Positions 10,650-20,484 of a stretch of DNA of 64,000 nucleotides are shown piece after piece (positions within the stretch are counted from its first letter, which is position 1; every line of letters starts with the position of its first letter). The position numbers and the translations under genes are program-made. The notes beneath the pieces are model-generated. The model was not told where the DNA came from, searched no databases, and was given only the letters and a program-made list of their open reading frames with translations. This DNA comes from Wickerhamiella versatilis. Its lineage: Eukaryota. The DNA lies in the NCBI GenBank assembly GCA_030867685.1, contig JAQOWU010000008.1, positions 2,108,001 to 2,172,000 on the forward strand. Reading direction: 5' to 3'.

Positions 10650-11864
10650 CTAAATTCCTAACTGAGAGCCAGCCTCAGGCTTGATTCGCCATGGACCAAG
10701 GCGCCCTTCTCGCTCAGCGAAACTTTTGAACACAACCTCGAGCTTACTCTTAGATATTGATGTGAATTCCTTCGCCAGTGTCTCCTTCCAGTATACTTTG
10801 CTGTCACTCGAATTTTGAATACGCAGCAATATCTGTCGCAGATCTTCTGGATTTATGTCCACCTTGGAGGGATCAACTGGCGTTGAATCTTCTTTAGTAT
10901 CTGAACCCGACTTCGACACTTCTTTTTTGGCTAATGGCTGTAAAAATTCAATTTTCCACGCGGCAAGTTCTTGCGGTACTGGCTCACCTGGTCTGGACCA
11001 AAGAACAATTGGCTTTAGAGCTTCATGCGATCTGCCAGAAACTCCTTCATCCTCTCCATCAGCAGCGACGAAATCCTTAAGACTGTCATCGTCGCTCACT
11101 TCTTCACCTGCATCATCTTCATCCTCATCCCCTAGGTCCTCGCCATCTTCAGCTACCCATTCATTTTCAGAATCATATGAGTAGTCTAAAAACTCACATG
11201 CACGCTCCCAAGGATACTTGGCAATTCTCTCTCGAGTAGGACGACTGAGGTCAACAACTGTGCCAATAAATGGCGGACGGGTATTTTCACTAAACTGCAA
11301 ATGCCGAACTCGGATCTTACCAAGTAGATCCGTTAACTCAGAACCATCACAAGCTGGGGTGGAGACTTTCTGAGAAAAGGAACTTGTGCTTAACCACCTG
11401 CTGTCCCCTGAGGGTTGTCTAAGTGATGCCAGCCATTCCATGGAATCATCTGGAGATTGTTCCTTGGCAGACGTAGGCCAAAGCTTTGCGGAATTCTTAG
11501 GCTCATATGCGAGGAAAATGCGACGGTAACTGTTAGAGGATAAATTTGGATCTGGTGTTTGGTCTTGGGGTGTGGAATCAGCATTCGTTGGTCGGGCTGA
11601 CAAGAACCATCGGTTGATACGTGACTGACTGGCCTCCTTTTTACGCTTTCCAGCCTCTCTCTGGTCCTTCTCGGCCTGTTTTTCCTGCTGTTTGCGCTCC
11701 TTCTCCGCCTGCTTCTCCTTTAACTTACGCTCCTTTTCTTGCCTTTTCTGCTCCTTTTCTGTACTCTTTTCTTCTTCTTTAACACGCTTAACCTTGGCAT
11801 CTGGTGACTCTTCTTCATTCAAAACTACCTCTGGAAGGCGTTTCAATGTCGTCACGTCCTCCAT
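10650..11864 (-). CDS. RLF2: Chromatin assembly factor 1 large subunit (Cac1/p150)
   Basis: KER coiled coil, PIP-like 'QSRINRWF', 'LQFSENTRPPFIGT', 'LDYSYDSENEW..EDGEDL' and acidic tract, C-terminal WHD-sized domain. Confidence 0.92.
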   Translation of the reverse strand: MEDVTTLKRLPEVVLNEEESPDAKVKRVKEEEKSTEKEQKRQEKERKLKEKQAEKERKQQEKQAEKDQREAGKRKKEASQSRINRWFLSARPTNADSTPQDQTPDPNLSSNSYRRIFLAYEPKNSAKLWPTSAKEQSPDDSMEWLASLRQPSGDSRWLSTSSFSQKVSTPACDGSELTDLLGKIRVRHLQFSENTRPPFIGTVVDLSRPTRERIAKYPWERACEFLDYSYDSENEWVAEDGEDLGDEDEDDAGEEVSDDDSLKDFVAADGEDEGVSGRSHEALKPIVLWSRPGEPVPQELAAWKIEFLQPLAKKEVSKSGSDTKEDSTPVDPSKVDINPEDLRQILLRIQNSSDSKVYWKETLAKEFTSISKSKLEVVFKSFAEREGRLGPWRIKPEAGSQLGI

Positions 11865-11865
11865 G

Positions 11866-11879
11866 ACGCGACACGCGAA
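11866..11879. promoter_or_regulatory. Tandem MCB-like ACGCGA sites abutting the CAC1 start codon
   Basis: cat-g-ACGCGA-c-ACGCGAa. Confidence 0.55.
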
Positions 11880-12026
11880 CTTGCAATGCTATATCCACTT
11901 AGTAAATAGGATAGGTTTAGGGTATTAATACTATATATTTATCAAAATAATGCAATATCACTAAGTTATATTCACTAGATGCTATTTTTTTTTGGCAAAT
12001 ATATTGTAGACATAGCAACTCTGTGA

Positions 12027-15000
12027 TTAAAGTAATTTTGATACTTCCTCACAGCTAAGACAATATTCGCGCATTCGAGACAGAACGTCAATATCAAGCA
12101 AGTGGAGTACGGAGCGGGTGTCCGCACAGAGCTTAAGCTCGCCGGCAACCCAATCAGTCCACTCCCTCTTCAGCAGTTCGGTCTCATAGGCATTGAGCAA
12201 ACGAATTTCTGCCATTAATTTACTACGTTCGAAGGCCACCTGGGTGCGAAGATGTGCTATACGCTCACCCATATCCTGAGAAACAGATTCGAGGGTGATT
12301 GGGGCATCTTCATAACTGCTTGTTATATTAATGGCATCCAGAAATCGAATCCCGCAGCTATTATTAGCCATCAAGTTAGTTGGTTGGAAAAGAGTACCAG
12401 ATGAGACCGCCTCATTCAGCTCCTTCATTGAAATTTCATGTTTAGATATAAGACCCTCCGCAGGAAGGAGCACATCTGCTGATGTCTGCTGGTAATTCTT
12501 CATATACCATACAGCCCAAAATGAAAATGTCGCTCGAGTAGAAAGGTATATGTTTAGGAGTACACTGAAAATCATGAAAATAATTCCCCAAAACTGGGGC
12601 CAAGACAAAGATCTCAAAGTCCTGACAGACGCAGATAGAAGCGCCAATGTGTATTTGAATGGCCAGATGCTAAAACGAAACACAAACGCTTTGAGTACCT
12701 GCGACCTATGAACTTTAGTGTAACTCACATCGCGTCGAAGACTCTGGACTGTCTTAGTGGGACGGACACGGCCAAATAATTCAATGACCTTAGAGTTCAG
12801 ATGTGTGCCATTTGGAAGCTTAGCAGCATATTTTCGTGTTGCAACAAGCATCCTTCGTACATGCGCTTTGGCCACTTCATGGGCTGCAAGGTCTACAAAC
12901 TCAGCCGAGCGCGGTATCTCATTCTGCCAAACAATTTGTCCATAGATACGGATAATAGAGCCATTTTCTGTCGAGAATATTCTGTAATTATAGGTGATAT
13001 TGAAAATACTACCAGCCGGTAGCTCCCAGCCAGCCCGACGCTCGTTGACTATATAGACATCGGCGCTGTCACTACTGATGACTCGCTGCAAAGAAACTCT
13101 TTCAGCATCCTTGTCGCTTCTCATTCCAGTTTTACTGAGAAGTGGCATACCATTCTCGTGTATCAACCGCTCAACGTGACTACGTCTTAAAACCCAGGGA
13201 CCGATCTTCGGCTCCACCTCTGGCCAGAGCTCATGAAAAACCTGTGACTTATCACCAAATATAACATGAAAAAGCACCGTTGAAGAGCAGGGATACACAT
13301 CCTCAGCCAATTTCCACATTTGTGTCTGTGGCTCTTGTCCGGCCCAAGCATCCCTCCCATTTGACTCTGTTAACGGGCTTTCAATACCACAACGTAGATA
13401 TTTTGCCACCATTCTTCGAATGGTGGGGTTATAATCCTCAGTGTCCGGCTTTACAGAATTCTCCGCGTTTGAATCTGATGAAGAAGGAGGAGTCGCACTA
13501 TCCTGACTCGGTAGGTTGAGCCCTTCTTCCGAGTCATAACGACAAGTTAGTTCAGCATGCTCATCACCCATCGCCGAAATTTGCTCAAGAAGATACTTAG
13601 GGTCTCTGGGACTATCTCCTCGTCTATTGTTTACGAGGAAGTCAAGTCTTCTTTTAGCTAAAGCGGCACTATCAATATAAAACCGCATGGGATAAGTATC
13701 GGTTGTACCATCCTCACTTTGACAGACAAGAAACATCTCGTCATAATCAACATATGGCTTCACATCGGTCTCAAGCAAACGGGAGAGGCTGATCGAATGG
13801 ATGCTAACGAACCCTCCCCAAGCTATGTAGAGAAATATATCGCGAGACGTGACATATAATCTTGCTGGGATTTCTCTGGTGCTGCTGACCTTAACTGAAC
13901 CTCTCAAAAGCATTAGCAAAAGGTTTTCAGGCCCTGCCCGTTGTGCATCAGATTGCTCCAAGGCCGCACGCATGTCTCCATCTTGATATATCATACGCAA
14001 AGGATACCATGACGGATAATGAGGACTTATCTGCTGGTAGTTGAAGTAGTTACGCCTTTCCCTAGAAATCCAGTCAATTGTTCCCCAATAATTAGAAGTT
14101 ATGGAATTGGGGAATCCTTGCGGCTTGATATACCAGTAAGCAATGGAAGCTTCTTGGAAGTGAGAGGTAGGCATGGGTTTCACACTTATAATCGAGGAAA
14201 CAGGAAAACCATGCGCCGATTGACCCAAAGTGCTGCTAGATATCATGGCGCTATGTCTACATTGAAAGCTCATCGACTCTTTCAACCTGCGATCAATCTC
14301 TGAATTCAAATTGATGTTATCCTTAGTTTTCCTTCCCTTATCGTTCGCGCCAATCTCGTCTTTTAGACTAAGGTCTGTTTGTAATGGAGGCAGAACGATG
14401 TCTTTGTCTATAGCTGCTGAAGTCCGCCGAACGTACTTAAAGACTGATAGCCACTCAGATAGGTCAGCCTTCGAAGTTGCCTGCACTTCAATTGATTCCT
14501 GTTGGTCTGGTAACTTCACACTGAAAACAAATCTCCTTGGGGATTGGGGCATAGACTCAATCTCACAGTCACCTGCCGAATACTTAGCGGAGTCCTGCAC
14601 AAATGTCTTGTTCGACGAGAGGCCTAACCAACCCAAAACTCCATTAGATACAAATAGCCACCGCGGTAACCATTCGTTCTGACGGGGAAATTTAAATAGC
14701 ACCCAGCCCATTTTGGGGGTATCTAAACCAATTGTAGGGTCTGCAGTGAATTCTTGATAATCCTTGAGATCCTTTGATGGCTTTTCATTCTGCTTGAACT
14801 GAGAAATGAGATCATCAGCTACTTGCTCCAGCTCAACAGGTAACTGTGCAGTCGTGGCTCGTAGCCGTCGGGCAAATGAGCTGAGCCGGTGCATTTCGAC
14901 ACGTGCGTCTAAAGTTCCAACACCACTATATTGGAATCCTGTTTGCTTTATTTTGAAGGGCTGACTGAGGTTATTGATGAGAATTGTTGTACTCTCGCAT

Positions 15001-15959
15001 CCAATACAATTTAATGCAATACTTAGAGCAAAGGAGGCCCTCTTATAGCGTTTACGAGCTTCAAAAACAGCATACACGGCCTTACGCAACTCCTCTGGAT
15101 CAGAATTCTTGTTCATTGCCATATAGGCATAGAACTTTTCGTCAAATTGTTTCTGTTCAGTGAGAAACTGAACCCTCTTCTTATGATATTCTGAAAAAAC
15201 AGTTTTCGAAGGGGCATCCTTTATTCTCTGCTCATGGGCTCGGTATGTACTCATTATGTCCGTCCACATTTGGTGGGTCAGCTGCGCATATCGTCCGAAC
15301 AATAGGGAGGTATAATCTTGAGATAGAACTCCGGAGTTAGCAAAGCTGGGTGGGAAAACCCCAAGGATATCATTGACCTTCACTTTAACATTATTCATTT
15401 CAGCATTTAGCTCATCGATTAAGTGACTGAAATTCTCTAGCCACTGTTCAATTTCATTAACGACACCATCCATATATTCACAGTATGCTCGGAATGACGG
15501 CGAGTCCACAGCTGCTTCTTTAAGATTCACAGGTACCATATTCAGGCTTCCCCTCATTTTCGCCACAGCAGTAATGGCCGCACTATCACCCGTTGCAGCG
15601 GCAACAGCAGCTAAAGGAGGAATATTGGTTTGCTCATTTGCGTTTTGCCTGGCAGCTATGGTCACTTTCTGCGGCGAAGCAGTAGACCCACTTGTTTGAC
15701 CTCCGGATAGGATTGAAGGCAATTTGGATGGTGAGCCAGTACTGTTCATCTTCGAAGTACTGCCAGAGTGCGATACTGACCTCTTAATTCCACTCCCGTC
15801 TGATGGCGTGCTTTCCCTTCTCCCCGTGCTGCTTGTACTGTCTAGAGAAAGCTTTGGGACTTCCCCATCAGTCTTTGTTGACGTAGCCTGAGAATTGCGG
15901 GAAGATGACCTGTTCCCGCTAGACCAGAGCCTACGCGTACCCTTCTGTGAGACTACCAT
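12027..15959 (-). CDS. SIP3: BAR-PH-VASt lipid transfer protein (Sip3/Lam1 family)
   Basis: 'LKEAAVDSPSFRA' BAR start, PH domain 'KMGWVLFK..WLPRWLFV..GVLGWL', 'NSITSNYWGT', VASt 'LFHVIFGDKS', late TM segment and coiled coil. Confidence 0.88.
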   Translation of the reverse strand: MVVSQKGTRRLWSSGNRSSSRNSQATSTKTDGEVPKLSLDSTSSTGRRESTPSDGSGIKRSVSHSGSTSKMNSTGSPSKLPSILSGGQTSGSTASPQKVTIAARQNANEQTNIPPLAAVAAATGDSAAITAVAKMRGSLNMVPVNLKEAAVDSPSFRAYCEYMDGVVNEIEQWLENFSHLIDELNAEMNNVKVKVNDILGVFPPSFANSGVLSQDYTSLLFGRYAQLTHQMWTDIMSTYRAHEQRIKDAPSKTVFSEYHKKRVQFLTEQKQFDEKFYAYMAMNKNSDPEELRKAVYAVFEARKRYKRASFALSIALNCIGCESTTILINNLSQPFKIKQTGFQYSGVGTLDARVEMHRLSSFARRLRATTAQLPVELEQVADDLISQFKQNEKPSKDLKDYQEFTADPTIGLDTPKMGWVLFKFPRQNEWLPRWLFVSNGVLGWLGLSSNKTFVQDSAKYSAGDCEIESMPQSPRRFVFSVKLPDQQESIEVQATSKADLSEWLSVFKYVRRTSAAIDKDIVLPPLQTDLSLKDEIGANDKGRKTKDNINLNSEIDRRLKESMSFQCRHSAMISSSTLGQSAHGFPVSSIISVKPMPTSHFQEASIAYWYIKPQGFPNSITSNYWGTIDWISRERRNYFNYQQISPHYPSWYPLRMIYQDGDMRAALEQSDAQRAGPENLLLMLLRGSVKVSSTREIPARLYVTSRDIFLYIAWGGFVSIHSISLSRLLETDVKPYVDYDEMFLVCQSEDGTTDTYPMRFYIDSAALAKRRLDFLVNNRRGDSPRDPKYLLEQISAMGDEHAELTCRYDSEEGLNLPSQDSATPPSSSDSNAENSVKPDTEDYNPTIRRMVAKYLRCGIESPLTESNGRDAWAGQEPQTQMWKLAEDVYPCSSTVLFHVIFGDKSQVFHELWPEVEPKIGPWVLRRSHVERLIHENGMPLLSKTGMRSDKDAERVSLQRVISSDSADVYIVNERRAGWELPAGSIFNITYNYRIFSTENGSIIRIYGQIVWQNEIPRSAEFVDLAAHEVAKAHVRRMLVATRKYAAKLPNGTHLNSKVIELFGRVRPTKTVQSLRRDVSYTKVHRSQVLKAFVFRFSIWPFKYTLALLSASVRTLRSLSWPQFWGIIFMIFSVLLNIYLSTRATFSFWAVWYMKNYQQTSADVLLPAEGLISKHEISMKELNEAVSSGTLFQPTNLMANNSCGIRFLDAINITSSYEDAPITLESVSQDMGERIAHLRTQVAFERSKLMAEIRLLNAYETELLKREWTDWVAGELKLCADTRSVLHLLDIDVLSRMREYCLSCEEVSKLL

Positions 15960-16153
15960 ACAGGTTGACGTTAATCGACGTTAAGGTTAGGGTAATTTAA
16001 CCAGCTCACGCCGGAGTATTAGTTTCCGGTGCCAATCCACTATCCTTTTTATGTGATGGTTTAATGATTATTATAATCGTGCATTGATTGGCTTGGCCGA
16101 GTAATTATGGAAATTAGTTTTTTAAGTCTTGACATGCTAAGCAATATATCCTG

Positions 16154-17713
16154 TTAATAAAAAAGGATTCCCAAGAGCACAGATAATAAAGCTGCGATCC
16201 CAGTTAACGCTGAGTATCCCAATGTTGAAGGATTAATGAGGTTAGCTGCGATTTCCACTGGCCTAGTCATTTCCTCACCAGTTGACACAGGTAGCAAGGT
16301 TTGAGGACATTCACATGTGTCTGTTGATTCCACTGGCTTCACCATTGCATAACTAAGAGCATCATCTGTGGGGATATTTTCTGATACAGGTTGAAATGTT
16401 GCATTTTCTGATCGATACGATGAGCCCGGACTTTGGGAATTAGCAGGACAATTATATATCGCGAACATCCCTGCGAATGCTAAGACAGACATCAAAACAA
16501 TTGTCTTTTTCAGACTTAATGGGACTAACCTGAGCTTGTAGACCTTCCGAGGCTTAGGAATAATACATGTGTGATCCGGAATGGTCGTGATTTCATTACT
16601 TTTGTCACCGCTCGGAGAGGTTTCAGGTGGTGGGAGGGCTTGGAAGGAGAGGAGAGAATCTCTGTCTTGGTAATGTGACCATTCTTGGGTAAAAAAATCT
16701 CGCGATGAAGATTGCTCAAACATCTTGTGGTCCAGAGGGCTTTGAGTTAGGTGTTCTCTAGAGCCCAGACTCAGACCAAGAATATCCTGATCCTTGCCGT
16801 CACTGTTCGAATCACTTTTTGACGATCCAAAGAATGGATTTTTTGGTGTGCCTTGAAAATGCAATTTCTGATTGGGTGGCGTGTAGGCCAGGTAAGATTG
16901 CCTTTTAGAACTTCCGCGACGTCTTCTCTCAGCATGTTCAGCCAAGGCTGCCAGGCGCCGGGATCTCTCATCGGACTCCAGCTGTTCGCGGAGCCTCCAT
17001 GACATGCTTGATTTCTGGTATGGTGATGATTTCGCCATTTTAACAACTTTTTCTTGAACTGGCACAGTGAAGGGTCGTTCCAATGACGTATGATATATAT
17101 GCAAGTCGCGGTGTAATAATTCTGGCTCAGCTAAAGAGATATTTCCTTGAGATATGGGGGTATCAAGCTTCAATGCATCATCTACATCATCATGTTCCGA
17201 ATATAAAGCATTTTCGCTGAGTGGAATACTCGATTCATCTGAATAGGGCGACGATGCATAATTGCCATTAATCTGATGTTGGCCTTTTTCAATGTCTTGC
17301 ATCAGCGCTAGACTCTTTGAGCTTCCTTGAGAGACGTCACCGTCAAAATGTACGTCTTCCTCATGATTGTATGCCAATTGACGTGCGGCTGAAGGTTCTT
17401 TCTCAGGAAATTGGTGGTCTGCGATTGACCCTTCTCCAGAATGCTCCCACCAATCAACTAGTAGAGAGGTAGCATGGCGTATGGCAGGAGCCTGCTCCTC
17501 TCGTAATTTTTCATTTTTCATTTTCACAAATCTGAGTGCTTCGACAAGAGTATCACGGTGCGTGATCATTCCTCTTGCAATACGCTCAGGCAGAGGACTT
17601 CTTTCAGGTTGGCCAGGAAGAGCTTTTATATGATTCCGAAGTTCTTCATACATATGAGATTCATCGCGTAGCTCAATATTTAAAGCGGCAGAGTCGCGTG
17701 TAACGAAGGACAT
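16154..17713 (-). CDS. Uncharacterised 519-aa membrane protein (N-terminal coiled coil, S/T-P sites, two C-terminal hydrophobic segments)
   Basis: Long ATG-initiated ORF; hydrophobic 'TIVLMSVLAFAGMFAIY' and 'YSALTGIAALLSVLLGILFY'; no family recognised. Confidence 0.75.
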   Translation of the reverse strand: MSFVTRDSAALNIELRDESHMYEELRNHIKALPGQPERSPLPERIARGMITHRDTLVEALRFVKMKNEKLREEQAPAIRHATSLLVDWWEHSGEGSIADHQFPEKEPSAARQLAYNHEEDVHFDGDVSQGSSKSLALMQDIEKGQHQINGNYASSPYSDESSIPLSENALYSEHDDVDDALKLDTPISQGNISLAEPELLHRDLHIYHTSLERPFTVPVQEKVVKMAKSSPYQKSSMSWRLREQLESDERSRRLAALAEHAERRRRGSSKRQSYLAYTPPNQKLHFQGTPKNPFFGSSKSDSNSDGKDQDILGLSLGSREHLTQSPLDHKMFEQSSSRDFFTQEWSHYQDRDSLLSFQALPPPETSPSGDKSNEITTIPDHTCIIPKPRKVYKLRLVPLSLKKTIVLMSVLAFAGMFAIYNCPANSQSPGSSYRSENATFQPVSENIPTDDALSYAMVKPVESTDTCECPQTLLPVSTGEEMTRPVEIAANLINPSTLGYSALTGIAALLSVLLGILFY

Positions 17714-18648
17714 CTGGTGTTATAGGTACTGCAGGTCTTAGGTGGTGGTACCATGAATAGGGTAAGGTTAGCGTTGGCTAATATTGTGGCTTTCCAATTA
17801 TTCATATTCATATTCATATCCATATATACTCGCTATGCGCGTTCCGGATTTCTTGGAAAAGCCTTGAAGCTATAAGAGACTCCTATAAGCTGTTAATTGG
17901 TGCTAGTCGTTACCTTGGGCTGCAGTATGCAATTATAAGCTACCCACTTGTTTGGATACTAGAAGATACTTTGGTAGGTTAACAACGAGATAGCGGCTTG
18001 CTTGTATTTCTTCTCAAAAATTTCGATTCCTTTTTATACTTATATGTATTACATACAGGGAAACTTGACGACCATGCCACACTTACCAATGCAACACAAT
18101 ATTAGGACTATCAATCAGTGGGCAGGTAGCTCCAAAACCTGACAGATTTGGATTGAAAAAATATCAGCACTGTTTCTGTTGACAAGATGTCAGGGTGTAA
18201 ATTATATATAGCTTGATTGATTGGTCATATGCAGGCATGCTTTTTCATCCGACTATCAATTACCAATAAAAAATCTTACGTTATAGAACTATATGGCCTT
18301 GTCCCTACTTAATAGCTTGGCTATGGCTATGAGAAGATGTAGAGAATAAAAGGGTGTGATAATATCAATACATAAATAATATTTGCATAATCAAGCTGCG
18401 TTTAATAATTTCGATCGCATGACACTGCCCAGCCTCTCAAAAACAGTAGATGCTATCCGCTACTGCACCCATACAATTTGCATTAGAATTCTTTATTTTA
18501 TGTGAAAAACCACATTCATAAGATTAAGATATGGGATATTTGACACGAGCACGTTTGTAGTACGTCGGTAGTTCGTCATCCGACACCGGCTTCTTTGTAA
18601 TAACCGTTATCTTAAAGCAATCTTTTTCAGATCACACACTCTCTATTC

Positions 18649-20253
18649 ATGTCTGCCGTCGAAGAAAAAACCGGCGATAACGCGGTGCGTTTACAGGATC
18701 ATGGTGAGTCAAATGTGATTGATGCACCACATGAGCTGGCTAAGGAAGAAATTTTACAAACCTACCAGGATCCTGATGAAGTTGTGCGTCAAGGCAACGT
18801 CGATGACCTGGTGACAGAGTGGCTCAACGATCCCGCTCACCCGCGCTTCTGGCCCGCTTGGAAGCGATGGTTTGTGGCTATTAGTTACGCATTATTGCAG
18901 GTATTCGTTATGATCACATCGACTTCCGTCATTTCCGCTGAGTTCCCATCCGTCACATCGCGTGGAAACATCCCGGATAAGTTTCCGAAAACTTCTTCTC
19001 AGGTTGCGGCTCTAGTTCAGTCTATGTTTATCGTCGGTAATACTGTTGGATGTGCATTCCTTGGCCCTTTGTCCGACATCAATGGGCGTAAGTGGGTTTA
19101 CGTTTGCTCCATTGTGCTTTATGCAATTCTTAACATTGGAGCTGCACTTCCCATGAATATGCCAATGCTTGCGATATTCTCGTTCCTCATTGGTACTGCC
19201 GGGTCAACTGCTGCTAGTAATGTTGCTGGTACTATATCTGATCTCTTTGCTGAGACGAACATCCAGTCGCAAGCTATGATGCTTTTTGTGCTTTCAGCTG
19301 ACAGTGGTCCTTCCCTTGGCTCGCCTATAGGAGAGTGGATCGTGAACAATCCAAATATGGGAATGAACTGGTTATTCTGGATCAATGTCATTATAGGAGG
19401 CGCATTCGCCCTAGCTCTTTGCTTTCTTCCAGAGACACTTCCTGCTATTGTTATCGGTGGTAAATACGGTAAGGATGTCATCCAAGCGCTTGGTGCTAAG
19501 AAGAGTGCTTCAGAAGCTATTAAGCAAATATACTTTGTGTCAACCATGGCCTTCAAAGTCCTGCTTATAGAACCAATTGTACTTTCTCTTGCAATTCTTA
19601 ATGGGTTCGCCTACGGTCTACTCTTCCTTGATTTGGACGGAATCACAGATGTTTACAGCGGTATCTATGGTTGGACGACGCAAAGTGCAGATTTGACATT
19701 CCTAAATGCCGTAGTTGGAGCCAGCATTGCCTTCTGCATGATGCCTATCCAAACGTGGCTTTATAAATGGGATGTTTCGAGAAGAGGAGGAGTACGCAGG
19801 CCTGAGGCGCGGTTTTTGATGAACCTTGTAACCGTTTGGGGATTTCCTCTGGGACTTCTCTGGTTCGCGTTTACGATCAAGCCATCAATATCACCCTGGT
19901 CATCTATCGTTGCTGGTGGTGTCTTTAATACTGCAGATCCGATTCTTTGGCTGTCGATGCTCTCATATATCTCCGATTCTTATCCAAGCATTACCGGATC
20001 TGCGATTGCAGCGTTCTTAATTCCTTCTTTCGGTCTTGCGGCTGGCTTTGTACACGTAGGGCTTGTCATGTTTGACCGAATGAGCCCCAGATGGGCCTAT
20101 GCAACTTTAGGCTTCTGCTCCCTGTCGTTCCCAGTAATAACATATATCATATACTTTTTTGGACCGTGGCTCAGAAAGCATTCTCACTATGCTTATTCGA
20201 CAGATAAGAAACCTGATGATAGTAATGAATCTCAGGAGAGCGAAAGCAGTTAA
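18649..20253 (+). CDS. MFS DHA1-family transporter resembling S. pombe Bsu1/Car1 vitamin B6 transporter
   Basis: Multi-TM MFS; 'HPRFWPAWKRW', 'QSMFIVGN..G..FLGPLSDINGRKWVY', 'SNVAGTISDLF', 'LPETL', 'PEARF'. Confidence 0.8.
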   Translation: MSAVEEKTGDNAVRLQDHGESNVIDAPHELAKEEILQTYQDPDEVVRQGNVDDLVTEWLNDPAHPRFWPAWKRWFVAISYALLQVFVMITSTSVISAEFPSVTSRGNIPDKFPKTSSQVAALVQSMFIVGNTVGCAFLGPLSDINGRKWVYVCSIVLYAILNIGAALPMNMPMLAIFSFLIGTAGSTAASNVAGTISDLFAETNIQSQAMMLFVLSADSGPSLGSPIGEWIVNNPNMGMNWLFWINVIIGGAFALALCFLPETLPAIVIGGKYGKDVIQALGAKKSASEAIKQIYFVSTMAFKVLLIEPIVLSLAILNGFAYGLLFLDLDGITDVYSGIYGWTTQSADLTFLNAVVGASIAFCMMPIQTWLYKWDVSRRGGVRRPEARFLMNLVTVWGFPLGLLWFAFTIKPSISPWSSIVAGGVFNTADPILWLSMLSYISDSYPSITGSAIAAFLIPSFGLAAGFVHVGLVMFDRMSPRWAYATLGFCSLSFPVITYIIYFFGPWLRKHSHYAYSTDKKPDDSNESQESESS

Positions 20254-20463
20254 TTTAATATCATTTTCACTGTGGATTTGCTTCATTTTGCCTCTCCTGT
20301 GCTATCTGGAGACAAATAATGCGAAAGAAACATTATAATTCATAGTCATTTTGTAGTTACAGTAATGGTATATATACAGCTATATATAATTCTGAACTAC
20401 TGCGAAGCTCAATTTTTAAGCTACATAATTGCCTTCGCGAGTGTATTAGTAATAAGGTCAACT

Positions 20464-20474
20464 ACGCGACGCGT
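20464..20474. promoter_or_regulatory. Overlapping MCB elements 10 bp upstream of SMC3 ATG
   Basis: ACGCGACGCGT. Confidence 0.65.
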
Positions 20475-20484
20475 CGACCGTCTC

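Noticed and set aside
17714-17754. Possible 38-nt intron after an upstream ATG of the orphan gene (GTACCA...CAG, minus strand)
   Set aside because: Poor donor, no good branch point, very short
17714-18648. Possible TPP riboswitch upstream of the vitamin transporter
   Set aside because: No CUGAGA / UGAUC..GGUAAU..CC core or flanking splice signals found by eye; an Rfam RF00059 scan would settle it
20365-20484. ORF-track N-terminal extensions of SMC3 (also DSL1, SLD3, VMA6, SKT5, ZRC1, DUF1)
   Set aside because: Family-typical N-termini begin at downstream ATGs; most extensions start at TTG/GTG
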